Shown one piece after another: positions 18,726-27,255 of a DNA stretch of 61,478 bases. The stretch is from positions 1-61,478 of the forward strand of contig CAZIES010000001.1 of assembly GCA_964538295.1 (NCBI GenBank), in the 5' to 3' direction. The notes below the pieces were generated by a model that saw nothing but the letters and a program-made list of their open reading frames with translations, did not search any database and had not been told where the DNA came from. Numbering within the stretch: position 1 is the stretch's first letter; each line of letters opens with the position of its first letter. The DNA is from an uncultured Arcobacter sp. (lineage in GTDB: Bacteria > Campylobacterota > Campylobacteria > Campylobacterales > Arcobacteraceae). The position numbers and the translations under genes are program-made.

Positions 18726-20372
18726 TTATAACATACATTCTTTTTTAGCTAATAACTCATTTAAAATAGAGTGATTTAGTGAGTAATCTACTGCTAAGTC
18801 AATTAAATGAACACCTTTTCCATTAACACATTCGCTAAGTGTTTTTTCAAAATCTTCACACGAAGTAGGTCGGTGACCAGTTGCTCCATAAGACTCTGCA
18901 TATTTAACGAAATCAGGATTTCCTAAATCAAGTCCATAGTTGTCAAATCCCATTCCTGATTGTTTCCACTTAATCATTCCATAGGCATTGTCATTTAGGA
19001 TAATTACGGTTAAATCTAAGTTTAATCTTACTGCTGTTTCTAACTCTTGTGAGTTCATCATGAATCCACCATCACCACAAACTGCAACAACTTTTTGATC
19101 AGGATTTACCATTTTTGCTGCCATACCAGAAGGAAGTCCTGCACCCATTGTTGCTAATGCATTGTCAAGTAAGAGTGTATTTGGTTCTGCACATCGGTAG
19201 TTTCTTGCAAACCAGATTTTGTAAACACCATTATCAAGTGTAACAATATCTTTTGGATCTAAAGCTTGTCTGATTGTTCTTACTGCTTTTTGTGGTAAGA
19301 TAGGGAAACGTGTATCACCAAAGTATTTAGATAATCGTGTTCGAATCTCTTCTCCTAATCTAAGGTAATAATCAAAATCCCAATGATCTTGTTTTGAGAT
19401 AGCATTACAAAGTTGTTTAATATTTGATGCAATATCTCCAACAACATCTTGTTGTGGGAAATAAGTATCATCAACTTCAGATGGGAAGAAGTTTACATGT
19501 AATACTTTAGTTGCACCCTCTTCATTTTCCATAAAGAATGGTGGTTTTTCAATGACATCATGACCAACATTAATAATTAAGTCTGCTCTATCAATTGCGC
19601 AGTGAATAAAGTCATCTTTAGAAAGAGCTGCTGTTGAAAGACATAGTTTATGGTTTTCATCAATAACTCCTTTACCCATTTGAGTAGAGAAGAAAGGAAT
19701 ACCTGTTTCATTTACAAAATTTGTTAAGGCATCACCAATTCGTGTTCGATTTGCACCCGCACCAACTAATAATAGTGGACGTTTAGCTTGCTCGATCATT
19801 TTTACTGCACGGTTAATTGTTCCTTTATCAGCATTTGCATATCTAAATGAGTGAACTGGATAGATGTTATCTTCTACCTCTTCTGCTGCAATATCTTCAG
19901 GTAATTCAATATGAACTGCCCCAGGTCTTTCAGTAGTTGCTATTTTAAATGCTTCTCTAACCATAGATGGAATGTTATTTCCATTGACAACTTGTTTAGC
20001 ATATTTTGTCATTGGCTTCATCATTCCTACAATGTCAACAATTTGAAATCTACCTTGTTTTGATTTTTTAATCGGTTTTTGTCCTGTAATCATCATCATT
20101 GGCATACCACCAAGTTGCGCATAAGCTGCACACGTCGAGAAGTTTGTTGCTCCAGGGCCAAGTGTTGCCATACAAACACCAACTTTTCCTGTAAGTCTTC
20201 CATAAGTTGCAGCCATAAAACCTGCCCCTTGTTCGTGTCGTGTTAAGATAAGTTTGATTTTTGAGTTACGTAGTGACTCAAGCATATCTAAATTTTCTTC
20301 ACCAGGAATACCAAAAATATATTCAACGCCTTCATTTTCTAAGGCTTTTACAAATAAATCAGATGCCTTCAT
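18726..20372 (-). CDS. Thiamine-diphosphate enzyme, acetolactate synthase (catabolic AlsS)-like large subunit
   Basis: GVEYIFGIPGEENLDMLESL...TRHEQGAGFMAATYGRLTGKVGVCMATLGPGATN and the ThDP motif GDGGFMMNSQELETAVRLNLDLTVIILNDNAYG. No small subunit, alsD or ilvC adjacent. Confidence 0.92.
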   Translation of the reverse strand: MKASDLFVKALENEGVEYIFGIPGEENLDMLESLRNSKIKLILTRHEQGAGFMAATYGRLTGKVGVCMATLGPGATNFSTCAAYAQLGGMPMMMITGQKPIKKSKQGRFQIVDIVGMMKPMTKYAKQVVNGNNIPSMVREAFKIATTERPGAVHIELPEDIAAEEVEDNIYPVHSFRYANADKGTINRAVKMIEQAKRPLLLVGAGANRTRIGDALTNFVNETGIPFFSTQMGKGVIDENHKLCLSTAALSKDDFIHCAIDRADLIINVGHDVIEKPPFFMENEEGATKVLHVNFFPSEVDDTYFPQQDVVGDIASNIKQLCNAISKQDHWDFDYYLRLGEEIRTRLSKYFGDTRFPILPQKAVRTIRQALDPKDIVTLDNGVYKIWFARNYRCAEPNTLLLDNALATMGAGLPSGMAAKMVNPDQKVVAVCGDGGFMMNSQELETAVRLNLDLTVIILNDNAYGMIKWKQSGMGFDNYGLDLGNPDFVKYAESYGATGHRPTSCEDFEKTLSECVNGKGVHLIDLAVDYSLNHSILNELLAKKECML

Positions 20373-20429
20373 CTATTTTCTCCAAATTTTAATTTTTTAT
20401 TTCGATAATTTTGCGTAAGTTTCTCACAA

Positions 20430-20445
20430 ATTGATTTAAATCAAT
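20430..20445. promoter_or_regulatory. Perfect FNR/CRP-family-type palindrome ATTGATTTAAATCAAT (TTGAT-N4-ATCAA)
   Basis: 16-bp perfect palindrome read directly from the sequence, centred 65.5 nt upstream of the ALS-like start codon (20372, minus strand). Confidence 0.55.
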
Positions 20446-20668
20446 GTTAAAAAAAAGTAATTAGTACTTACTTGGTTAAATTTTATACATAAGTGCGAAT
20501 ATTCGACACAGTCGTATCTCTATTATTATATTAAGTTTAAATTTATAGATTAAAGTACTAAGTTAATAATAATGCTTATCAATGATACTAATAAGATTTA
20601 TTAATTTTTTTCTCCCAATTTGGATTTAATTATACCACTTTGTTGAGTATATGTAAATGTGTAGGTTG

Positions 20669-20860
20669 TTAATATTCTTGTTGGATAAAGTCATCTTCAA
20701 TAAAAATATAGATAAAGGCAAGAAGAGGAATGATAGCAATTGCTAGAATCCAAAGCTGTTTATCATTTTTATCTTTAAATTTTTTTTCTATAATTGAGGT
20801 AAAAGCATAGAACCAAAGTATGGCAAAAAGGATAATGATACCAATCATAATATTTGTCAT
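20669..20860 (-). CDS. PLDc_N-domain small membrane protein (paralogue 2)
   Basis: 63 aa, about half identical to the 16852-17040 product (MTxI...SII...FKDKNxK..W..A....PLLAF.YIF). SD AAGGAA. Confidence 0.65.
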   Translation of the reverse strand: MTNIMIGIIILFAILWFYAFTSIIEKKFKDKNDKQLWILAIAIIPLLAFIYIFIEDDFIQQEY

Positions 20861-21073
20861 GATAGTTCCTTTATTTTTATATTGTATAACGACTTAAATA
20901 TAATCTAGCAAAAAAAAAGAAATTAGTTTATCAAATAAGATTATTCTTTTATTATTTAGACTTCAAAGTTCTTTTATACCGTAAAATAGCAACTTTTCAA
21001 GTAATTATTTATTTTCTTTACAAATATCATTTTTTTCTGATAGAATAGAGGATATTTAAAAATTGGTTGCTAA

Positions 21074-22690
21074 ATGGAAGATAAAAGAAATTGTATTAAT
21101 ATAGATATCTATAACCTCTTAGATGATTTAATTACTTATACTGATACAAGTGGAAAAATAGTTGAATGTAATGATGCTTTTGTTTCCTTTACTGAAACAT
21201 CAAGAGATAAGATTATTGATAATTATGAAAATAGTTTTTTTAATTCTAGTTATGAAGCAGACTCATTTAATGACCATGAAAATGGAGATGAAGTTGTTGG
21301 TTACGAAGAGGTAATTACAATTAATAACAAGATAAGAGTCTTTGATACTAAAAAACGCTTTATTGCTCAAAGTGATACGATTAAAGGAATTTTGACAATT
21401 CGTAAAGATATTACGCAAAATAAAGAGGCTTCATTACTTTATAAAGAGGATAAGAAGATTCTTAAGCATATTGCACAAGGTGAAGATTTATTACACATTT
21501 TACATGAAATTATTAAATCTGCCGAGAAAATGAAAGCAGATATGCGTTGTTCGATACTTCTACTTGATAAGAGTGGTAAACGACTTTTTTCTGCGGCAGC
21601 ACCAAATATACCAGAGTTTTTTACTAAAAAGATTGATGGGATGAAAATTGGTGAAGAGATAGGTTCATGTGGTTCAGCAGCTTACTTAAAAAAGCGTGTT
21701 ATTGTTGAAAATATAGCTGAACATGAAAATTGGGAACAAGCAAAAAGATTGGCTTTAAAAGCAGGTCTTCATGCGTGCTGGTCTCAGCCAATTTTTTCTT
21801 CAAGAGGGGAAGTTTTAGGTACCTTTGCAATGTATTATAATCATCCTAAAACACCTACAGAGTTTGATTTGCATGTGATTGAAGATAGAGCAAGTATTGC
21901 AGGTATTGCTATTGAAAAGCATAAAAATGAGTATCAAATACAAAGAAATCAAGAAAGAGAGAAAAAGCAAGAAGAGTTACTGATGCATAAGTCAAAGCAA
22001 GCTATGATGGGAGAGATGTTAGAAAATATTGCTCATCAGTGGCGGCAACCCCTTTCAGTGATTTCAACTTCAGCTACGGGATTAAAAGTTAAAAAAGAGT
22101 TAGGGATTTTAGATGATGCTTTAGAGCATAAAGCCTTAGAGAGTATTAATGAAAATGCCCAATATCTCTCTCAAACAATTGATGATTTTAGAAACTATTT
22201 TAAGTCAGATAATATTGAGGTAAAGTTTAATCTAAGAGATGCCTTTGAAAATACTTTAACTTTAATTGATGTAACACTAAAAAGTAAGAGTGTTAATATT
22301 ATTGCTGAGATTGATAATATTGTTTTGTTTACATTAGAGAATGAATTAACCCAAGTCTTTATGAATATCTTTAATAACTCTGTTGATGAACTTGCTTTCT
22401 TAGAACAAGAAGATAGACATATATACGTTAAAGCGTATAAAGATAGTGAAGATGCAGTTATTAAGATTATTGACTCTGCACATGGTGCAAAAGATGAGAT
22501 TATTAACCGTATTTTTGAACCCTATTTTACAACTAAACATCAAAGTAATGGAACAGGTATTGGATTGTATATGTGTAAAGAGATTGTTGAGAAGCATATG
22601 AAAGGAACAATCGAAGCACGTAACAATACTTTTGTTTATAATAATAAAGAGTATCGTGGTTTAGAATTTGTAATTACACTACCAATTTAG
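21074..22690 (+). CDS. PAS/GAF sensor histidine kinase, AHQWRQPLS-type H-box
   Basis: GAF-like region (LHEIIKSAEKMKADMRCSILLLD...GSCGSAAY...CWSQPI), H-box KQAMMGEMLENIAHQWRQPLSVIS (His 22034-22036), GTGIGLY. Confidence 0.9.
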   Translation: MEDKRNCINIDIYNLLDDLITYTDTSGKIVECNDAFVSFTETSRDKIIDNYENSFFNSSYEADSFNDHENGDEVVGYEEVITINNKIRVFDTKKRFIAQSDTIKGILTIRKDITQNKEASLLYKEDKKILKHIAQGEDLLHILHEIIKSAEKMKADMRCSILLLDKSGKRLFSAAAPNIPEFFTKKIDGMKIGEEIGSCGSAAYLKKRVIVENIAEHENWEQAKRLALKAGLHACWSQPIFSSRGEVLGTFAMYYNHPKTPTEFDLHVIEDRASIAGIAIEKHKNEYQIQRNQEREKKQEELLMHKSKQAMMGEMLENIAHQWRQPLSVISTSATGLKVKKELGILDDALEHKALESINENAQYLSQTIDDFRNYFKSDNIEVKFNLRDAFENTLTLIDVTLKSKSVNIIAEIDNIVLFTLENELTQVFMNIFNNSVDELAFLEQEDRHIYVKAYKDSEDAVIKIIDSAHGAKDEIINRIFEPYFTTKHQSNGTGIGLYMCKEIVEKHMKGTIEARNNTFVYNNKEYRGLEFVITLPI

Positions 22691-22791
22691 AAAATATTAA
22701 GAAAACGTATAGATAAAAGCTATAAATTAAGCTATAATGACAAAAAATAATATAATTATTAGAAAAATGTTACAAATAGGGAAAGGGAGTA

Positions 22792-23214
22792 ATGCAAAGT
22801 TTAGCTAATGAGGTTTATAGTGCTATTCAATCCTCACGTATTACAGATGTAAAAGATTGTATGGAGGAGTTAGTATCTGTTTTACAGTCAGACGAAGAGT
22901 TACTAGCAGAGGTTGAAAAGCGTTTAGATAAGAAAGACATTTTGTGGTTTAATCGCAATAACAATGCTATCTTTTTTGAGATACCAAAAGATAATACGTA
23001 TCTTCAAAGTACAAAGAAACTTGATATGGATGAAGAGGTTTCTTGGTTTCTTAGTGAAATTAAAAGTTCACAAAAGATTAATTGGGAAAATGTAAAATAT
23101 CGTTATCAAAGGGCCTTGAAATTTCTAGGAACTAAAGATGTTATTTACTATAATAAAATTCGAAAAATTGTTCTTGTACAATATGAAGATAAATGGAGAT
23201 ATCTAAACGAATAG
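22792..23214 (+). CDS. Hypothetical protein
   Basis: 140-aa ORF with strong SD GGGAAAGGGAG and TATAAT boxes upstream. No motif recognised. Confidence 0.6.
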   Translation: MQSLANEVYSAIQSSRITDVKDCMEELVSVLQSDEELLAEVEKRLDKKDILWFNRNNNAIFFEIPKDNTYLQSTKKLDMDEEVSWFLSEIKSSQKINWENVKYRYQRALKFLGTKDVIYYNKIRKIVLVQYEDKWRYLNE

Positions 23215-23278
23215 TCAATGTTGATTGACGTTATAATACACATTAGAGTGGGAGCTTTTGTGTTGATAACTAAAAAAG

Positions 23279-24871
23279 ATGCTAAAGGTTGATATGCATA
23301 GCATAGAAAAAAATCAGATTAATTTTATACTACAGTCCTCTTTTGAACTTTCGAATCAAGCAATTTACTGGATTAATAAACATGGTCGAATTATTTATGC
23401 TAACAGTGTTGGCTGTAATGATTTAGGATTTACACAAGAAGAGATAGCTAGCTTACATGTTTGGGATGTCAATCCTGAAGTTGATACCAAAGAGAAGTTT
23501 TTAACTATTTTTGAATCTTTTGCAAATAATGAAAATGAGAGTGAAAGAGGTAATGTCTTTGAATCAACCCATAAAACAAAAGAGGGGATTGTATTTCCTG
23601 TTGAAATATCTTCAAAAGTTGTTCACGATGAAAATGAGACTTATTTAATTTCTTATGTTAGGGATATTAGCAATAGGATTGAACGAACGCAACGTTTACA
23701 GCTTTATTTTGAGTTTCTAAATATTACCTCAGATATAATTCTTTTAGTAGATAGAGAGAGTCAGTTTGTAGAGTTTGCTAATAAAACAGCCTGCGAGAAA
23801 TTAGGTTTTACCATTGAAGAATTTACCAAAAAGCGAGTTTCAGATTTTAGAAAACCACTGAAAGACACTATAGAAATTCCTGAAATTTTTAGAAAGATTG
23901 AACAAAAATCTTCTATGACAACTTATGGTGTGTATACGTGTAAAAATGGGGAGAGTTTTCCTGTTGAAACCTCTTTGAGTATGAAAACTTATCAAGAGAA
24001 AGATTATATTTTAGCTATTTCAAGAGATATTCGTGAGCGTGTGGATATTGAGAAGAAAAAAGAGCATTTAAATCAAAAATTAAAAGATTATAACAAAACT
24101 TTAAAAGAAGAAGTAAATAAAGCAAAAGAGGAGTTACATGAGTATGAACGACTTATGTTTCATCAATCAAAAATGGCTGCAATGGGAGAGATGCTTGAAA
24201 ATATAGCCCATCAGTGGCGACAACCATTATCTGTTGTTTCAGTATTAGCAACGGGTATGAAGTTACAAAATGAGAGTGGGTTGCTTAATAAAGAGTTATT
24301 AGAAGCTGGGCTAGATGATATTAATAAAAACTCACAGTTTTTATCAAAAACTATTGATGATTTTAGTGAATTTTTTAAACCTAATAAAAATAGAAGCTCT
24401 TTTATTATTCAAGATGCTATTGAAAATGCTTTAACTTTTTCTGCTTCAACTTCAAAAAGTTTAGAGATTGAGGTAATTAAAAACTACAGTAACTTAGAAC
24501 TTTTTACTTTTCAAAATGAGTTTGTTCAAGTTTTAATTAACTTATTAAATAATGCACGAGATGCCTTGAAACTTATTGAGACAAAACGTTATATCTTTAT
24601 TGAAGTATTTAGTACTGATGATGAAATTATTATTGAAATAAAAGATAATGCGGGTGGAATACCAAAAGAGATTATTGATAAAGTTTTTGAACCCTATTTT
24701 ACAACAAAACATAAAAGTCAAGGGACAGGAATAGGACTTTATATGTCACAAGAGATTGTTAAAAAGCACATGAAAGGAAAACTACTCGTTTGTAATGAAG
24801 CGTTTGAATACAAAACCGAGCACCTTTATGGGGCAAAGTTTAGTATTGTATTATCTAAAGATGAGGTTTAA
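23279..24871 (+). CDS. Tandem-PAS sensor histidine kinase, AHQWRQPLS-type H-box (start codon uncertain: 23279 or 23294)
   Basis: Two PAS modules, coiled coil, H-box KMAAMGEMLENIAHQWRQPLSVVS (His 24208-24210), NLLNNARDAL, DNAGGI, GTGIGLY. Confidence 0.9.
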   Translation: MLKVDMHSIEKNQINFILQSSFELSNQAIYWINKHGRIIYANSVGCNDLGFTQEEIASLHVWDVNPEVDTKEKFLTIFESFANNENESERGNVFESTHKTKEGIVFPVEISSKVVHDENETYLISYVRDISNRIERTQRLQLYFEFLNITSDIILLVDRESQFVEFANKTACEKLGFTIEEFTKKRVSDFRKPLKDTIEIPEIFRKIEQKSSMTTYGVYTCKNGESFPVETSLSMKTYQEKDYILAISRDIRERVDIEKKKEHLNQKLKDYNKTLKEEVNKAKEELHEYERLMFHQSKMAAMGEMLENIAHQWRQPLSVVSVLATGMKLQNESGLLNKELLEAGLDDINKNSQFLSKTIDDFSEFFKPNKNRSSFIIQDAIENALTFSASTSKSLEIEVIKNYSNLELFTFQNEFVQVLINLLNNARDALKLIETKRYIFIEVFSTDDEIIIEIKDNAGGIPKEIIDKVFEPYFTTKHKSQGTGIGLYMSQEIVKKHMKGKLLVCNEAFEYKTEHLYGAKFSIVLSKDEV

Positions 24872-25299
24872 TAACTAATTTTTTTAAATTTCTCAGCCTC
24901 TAGTTTTTCGTCAAAAAACTCTAACGTCATTTCTGCCATATCGGTATAGATAAGGATATAAAAATAGTTATTATCATACTTAAACTCTAAGGCTTGTTCT
25001 TTACAAAACATATCTTGTGCAACATAGAGTGAAATTTCATCTAATTGTTTAATTTGCTCATAAATAGGAGTAAATTCACTATTTTTTGGTGTTTGTAAAC
25101 CTAAAAGAAATTGAAATTCTAAAAGACCAACATCATCTCTTTGTATTTTTGCGTTGATTGTAAGAACTTTTTCTTTACCCTCTTTAAGGTAATGAATCTG
25201 TAAGGAATCAGTTTTATTACTAACTATAGAGATAATCTCTTGATTAACAAGTTGTTCAAAATATTTATTATAGTGGGTTTTAAAGTATGTCTTATTCAT
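24868..25299 (-). CDS. Hypothetical protein
   Basis: 143-aa ORF in stop-rich AT DNA. No obvious SD and no motif. Its stop overlaps the kinase stop by 4 nt (convergent). Confidence 0.5.
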   Translation of the reverse strand: MNKTYFKTHYNKYFEQLVNQEIISIVSNKTDSLQIHYLKEGKEKVLTINAKIQRDDVGLLEFQFLLGLQTPKNSEFTPIYEQIKQLDEISLYVAQDMFCKEQALEFKYDNNYFYILIYTDMAEMTLEFFDEKLEAEKFKKISY

Positions 25300-25503
25300 A
25301 AAATAATTATATACTTCTCTTTCTTTATCCTCTCTTTACATTGATGAGTTTAAAATAAATTTGTCACTATTTTGTAATCAAGGTAAAAGGGTTTTATATT
25401 TTTCTTTTCTTTTTGACATAAATTTATTATTTAACTTAAACAAACTGTTAGATGTTATACAATAGTTTTAATATAATGTAAGTCGTAATAAAAAGGAGTC
25501 TTT

Positions 25504-25668
25504 ATGAATGAAGAAGAATTAAATGAATTTTTAAAAATGGTTGTTCCTATGTTAAAAGAATTGCCTAATGAAGAGATTGAAAATCAGTTAAATCAAATTG
25601 ATATGACCCAAGAAGAGCGTGAAAACTTCTATAATATGATTATGGTTCTTAAAGAACAAGAAGATTAA
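25504..25668 (+). CDS. Small acidic helical protein, 54 aa (below the ORF-track size cut-off)
   Basis: ATG at 25504, 5 nt after SD AAAGGAG (25493-25498 region). TATAAT at 25472-25477. Translation MNEEELNEFLKMVVPMLKELPNEEIENQLNQIDMTQEERENFYNMIMVLKEQED, TAA stop at 25666-25668. Confidence 0.5.
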   Translation: MNEEELNEFLKMVVPMLKELPNEEIENQLNQIDMTQEERENFYNMIMVLKEQED

Positions 25669-26252
25669 TACTCTTGTTCTAAAATTTTAATATTTTTTGT
25701 AGGGTCAAGTTCATAGGCAATATCTTGTGTTTTTAATTGTGATAAGATATGAAAAACTTTTTCATCACGATTTAAAAAACTATTTTTGTTGACAAACATT
25801 TTGTTTTCTACACACAAATCAAAATTATGAAACTCTTGATCAATTTTTTTCAAACGCATGAGCATTTGATTATTATCACAATAGGTCGGTCGTTTACTAT
25901 TCCCTAAGAGTAAGTAAAAAAGATCATTAGAGTATATTGGTCGAATTAATAAAAACTTATTGTCTTCTTGTTTACAAAAGCTACATTTAATATCATCTGT
26001 ACAGTTTAGACTATTAGATAAAGCAATGAGATTTTGTGTAGGATTCTTTTTGTAGACTTTGTGTAAAAAGCGTTTACCGTGATGGCAATCACTATTTATA
26101 AAAATATAGTCATGGTTATGCTGTTCATAGAGCATATAACCTTTTTGTGTCTCCATAACTTTATCAATTTTAAAGTCCTCAGAAATAGTTGTAAGCATAT
26201 CATAAAGAGCTTCAAGCTCCTTATGATTATTGTCGTAAATTAATATCTTCAT
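25665..26252 (-). CDS. Receiver-like (pseudo-REC) domain protein with a Cys-rich linker
   Basis: KILIYDNN / DYIFINSD / LIALSNS / FLLIRP follow the beta1/beta3/beta4/beta5 pattern of CheY-like receivers, but with DD->DN and the conserved Lys->Arg. No output domain recognised. Confidence 0.55.
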   Translation of the reverse strand: MKILIYDNNHKELEALYDMLTTISEDFKIDKVMETQKGYMLYEQHNHDYIFINSDCHHGKRFLHKVYKKNPTQNLIALSNSLNCTDDIKCSFCKQEDNKFLLIRPIYSNDLFYLLLGNSKRPTYCDNNQMLMRLKKIDQEFHNFDLCVENKMFVNKNSFLNRDEKVFHILSQLKTQDIAYELDPTKNIKILEQEY

Positions 26253-26370
26253 AACTGTTGTCCCGAACTATATTGTAAATTAAATTCATAGTTCTAATTT
26301 TTATCTTTTATAATTATAAAAGGAAATGGTATTTAAATAGTATTTTTTTCAAAAAGTAGTAGATAAATTA

Positions 26371-26397
26371 AATACTACCTAAAGGTAGAATTAAGTT
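26371..26397. promoter_or_regulatory. Operator-like repeat copy 1 (aatactacctaaaggtagaattaagtt)
   Basis: Inverted core CTACC-N4-GGTAG. 26/27 identical to copy 3. Confidence 0.6.
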
Positions 26398-26417
26398 AAC
26401 TTGCAATATTATTTCAT

Positions 26418-26440
26418 AAATACTACCTCTAGGTAGAATA
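26418..26440. promoter_or_regulatory. Operator-like repeat copy 2 (aaatactacctctaggtagaata)
   Basis: Same CTACC-N4-GGTAG core, 48 bp from copy 1. Core centre is about 25 nt upstream of the 26454 ATG. Confidence 0.6.
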
Positions 26441-26453
26441 AAAAAGGAATAAA

Positions 26454-26774
26454 ATGAAAAAATTAATTGTATTAATAGCAATGCTTGGTAGCATGTTTGC
26501 AAATGAAGTAGTCGTAGAAAAAGTAACACAGAAGTTTTTAACAGCATTAAAAACTATGGATAAGCAAGAGATTACTCAATTGTTAACACCTACTGCGTTA
26601 AAGAGAGTAAATAGTGTTGATAATCATATCGTTTATTTTAGGGATATTAATATTGTTGATATTAGACAAAAAAATGAATTTGGTAATTATCAAGTCATCT
26701 TAGATAATCAAGAGTTTAATCACCTTAGTGTCAAAAGAGATGACACAGGTATTTATAAAGTAGTAGGGTTATAA
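26454..26774 (+). CDS. Small secreted protein, hypothetical
   Basis: 106 aa with signal peptide MKKLIVLIAMLGSMFA. SD AAAGGAA. Confidence 0.6.
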   Translation: MKKLIVLIAMLGSMFANEVVVEKVTQKFLTALKTMDKQEITQLLTPTALKRVNSVDNHIVYFRDINIVDIRQKNEFGNYQVILDNQEFNHLSVKRDDTGIYKVVGL

Positions 26775-26790
26775 AAGCGACGCTTTTTAT
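26773..26790. terminator. Short bidirectional hairpin between convergent genes
   Basis: aaaagc-gac-gctttt flanked by A and T runs; fills the 16-nt gap. The stem is only 6 bp. Confidence 0.4.
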
Positions 26791-27201
26791 TTATAGTTTT
26801 GTAGCTTGGTTTTTTAAATCCTCTAAACTCCTCTTTGAAAACATTTTATTGAGGAGTTTTTTGGGCTCTTGCCAGTCATCATGAAGGGCACACTTATTAC
26901 TCCCTGTACATAATCCAACGCCTAGTAGGCACATTTTTTTATCTATTTGTTCTTTTACCGCATCTAAAATATCGCCAACCAAGATATCTTTAGCCTCTTT
27001 TTTAAGGACATAACCTCCATCTCTTCCTCTTAATGAGATGATAAGCTCTGCATTAACTAAATAGGTCATTACTTTAGTGAGATATTTATACGGAATCATC
27101 AATTTTTGAGATAACTCTTTTGCGTTGTATCGTTTTTCATGATCAAGAGCTATAAGTGTCAGTATTCTTATAGCATATTGTGACGTAGTATTTAATTTCA
27201 T
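26791..27201 (-). CDS. Rrf2 family transcriptional regulator (three-Cys, probable Fe-S sensing)
   Basis: N-terminal wHTH MKLNTTSQYAIRILTLIA...AKELSQKLMIPYKYLTKVMTYLVNAELIISLRGRDGGYVL and Cys cluster CLLGVGLCTGSNKCALH. Confidence 0.9.
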   Translation of the reverse strand: MKLNTTSQYAIRILTLIALDHEKRYNAKELSQKLMIPYKYLTKVMTYLVNAELIISLRGRDGGYVLKKEAKDILVGDILDAVKEQIDKKMCLLGVGLCTGSNKCALHDDWQEPKKLLNKMFSKRSLEDLKNQATKL

Positions 27202-27255
27202 TTTATAAGCTACTTTTTATTAGATTTTATAGTATATTACACTTTTGCTTAAAAT

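Noticed and set aside
24868-24871. Convergent gene pairs with overlapping or abutting stop codons and no terminator: 24868-24871, 25665-25668, 13565/13573 and 60506/60507.
   Set aside because: This is real in the sequence, but it is common in compact low-GC genomes and does not by itself indicate a special mechanism.
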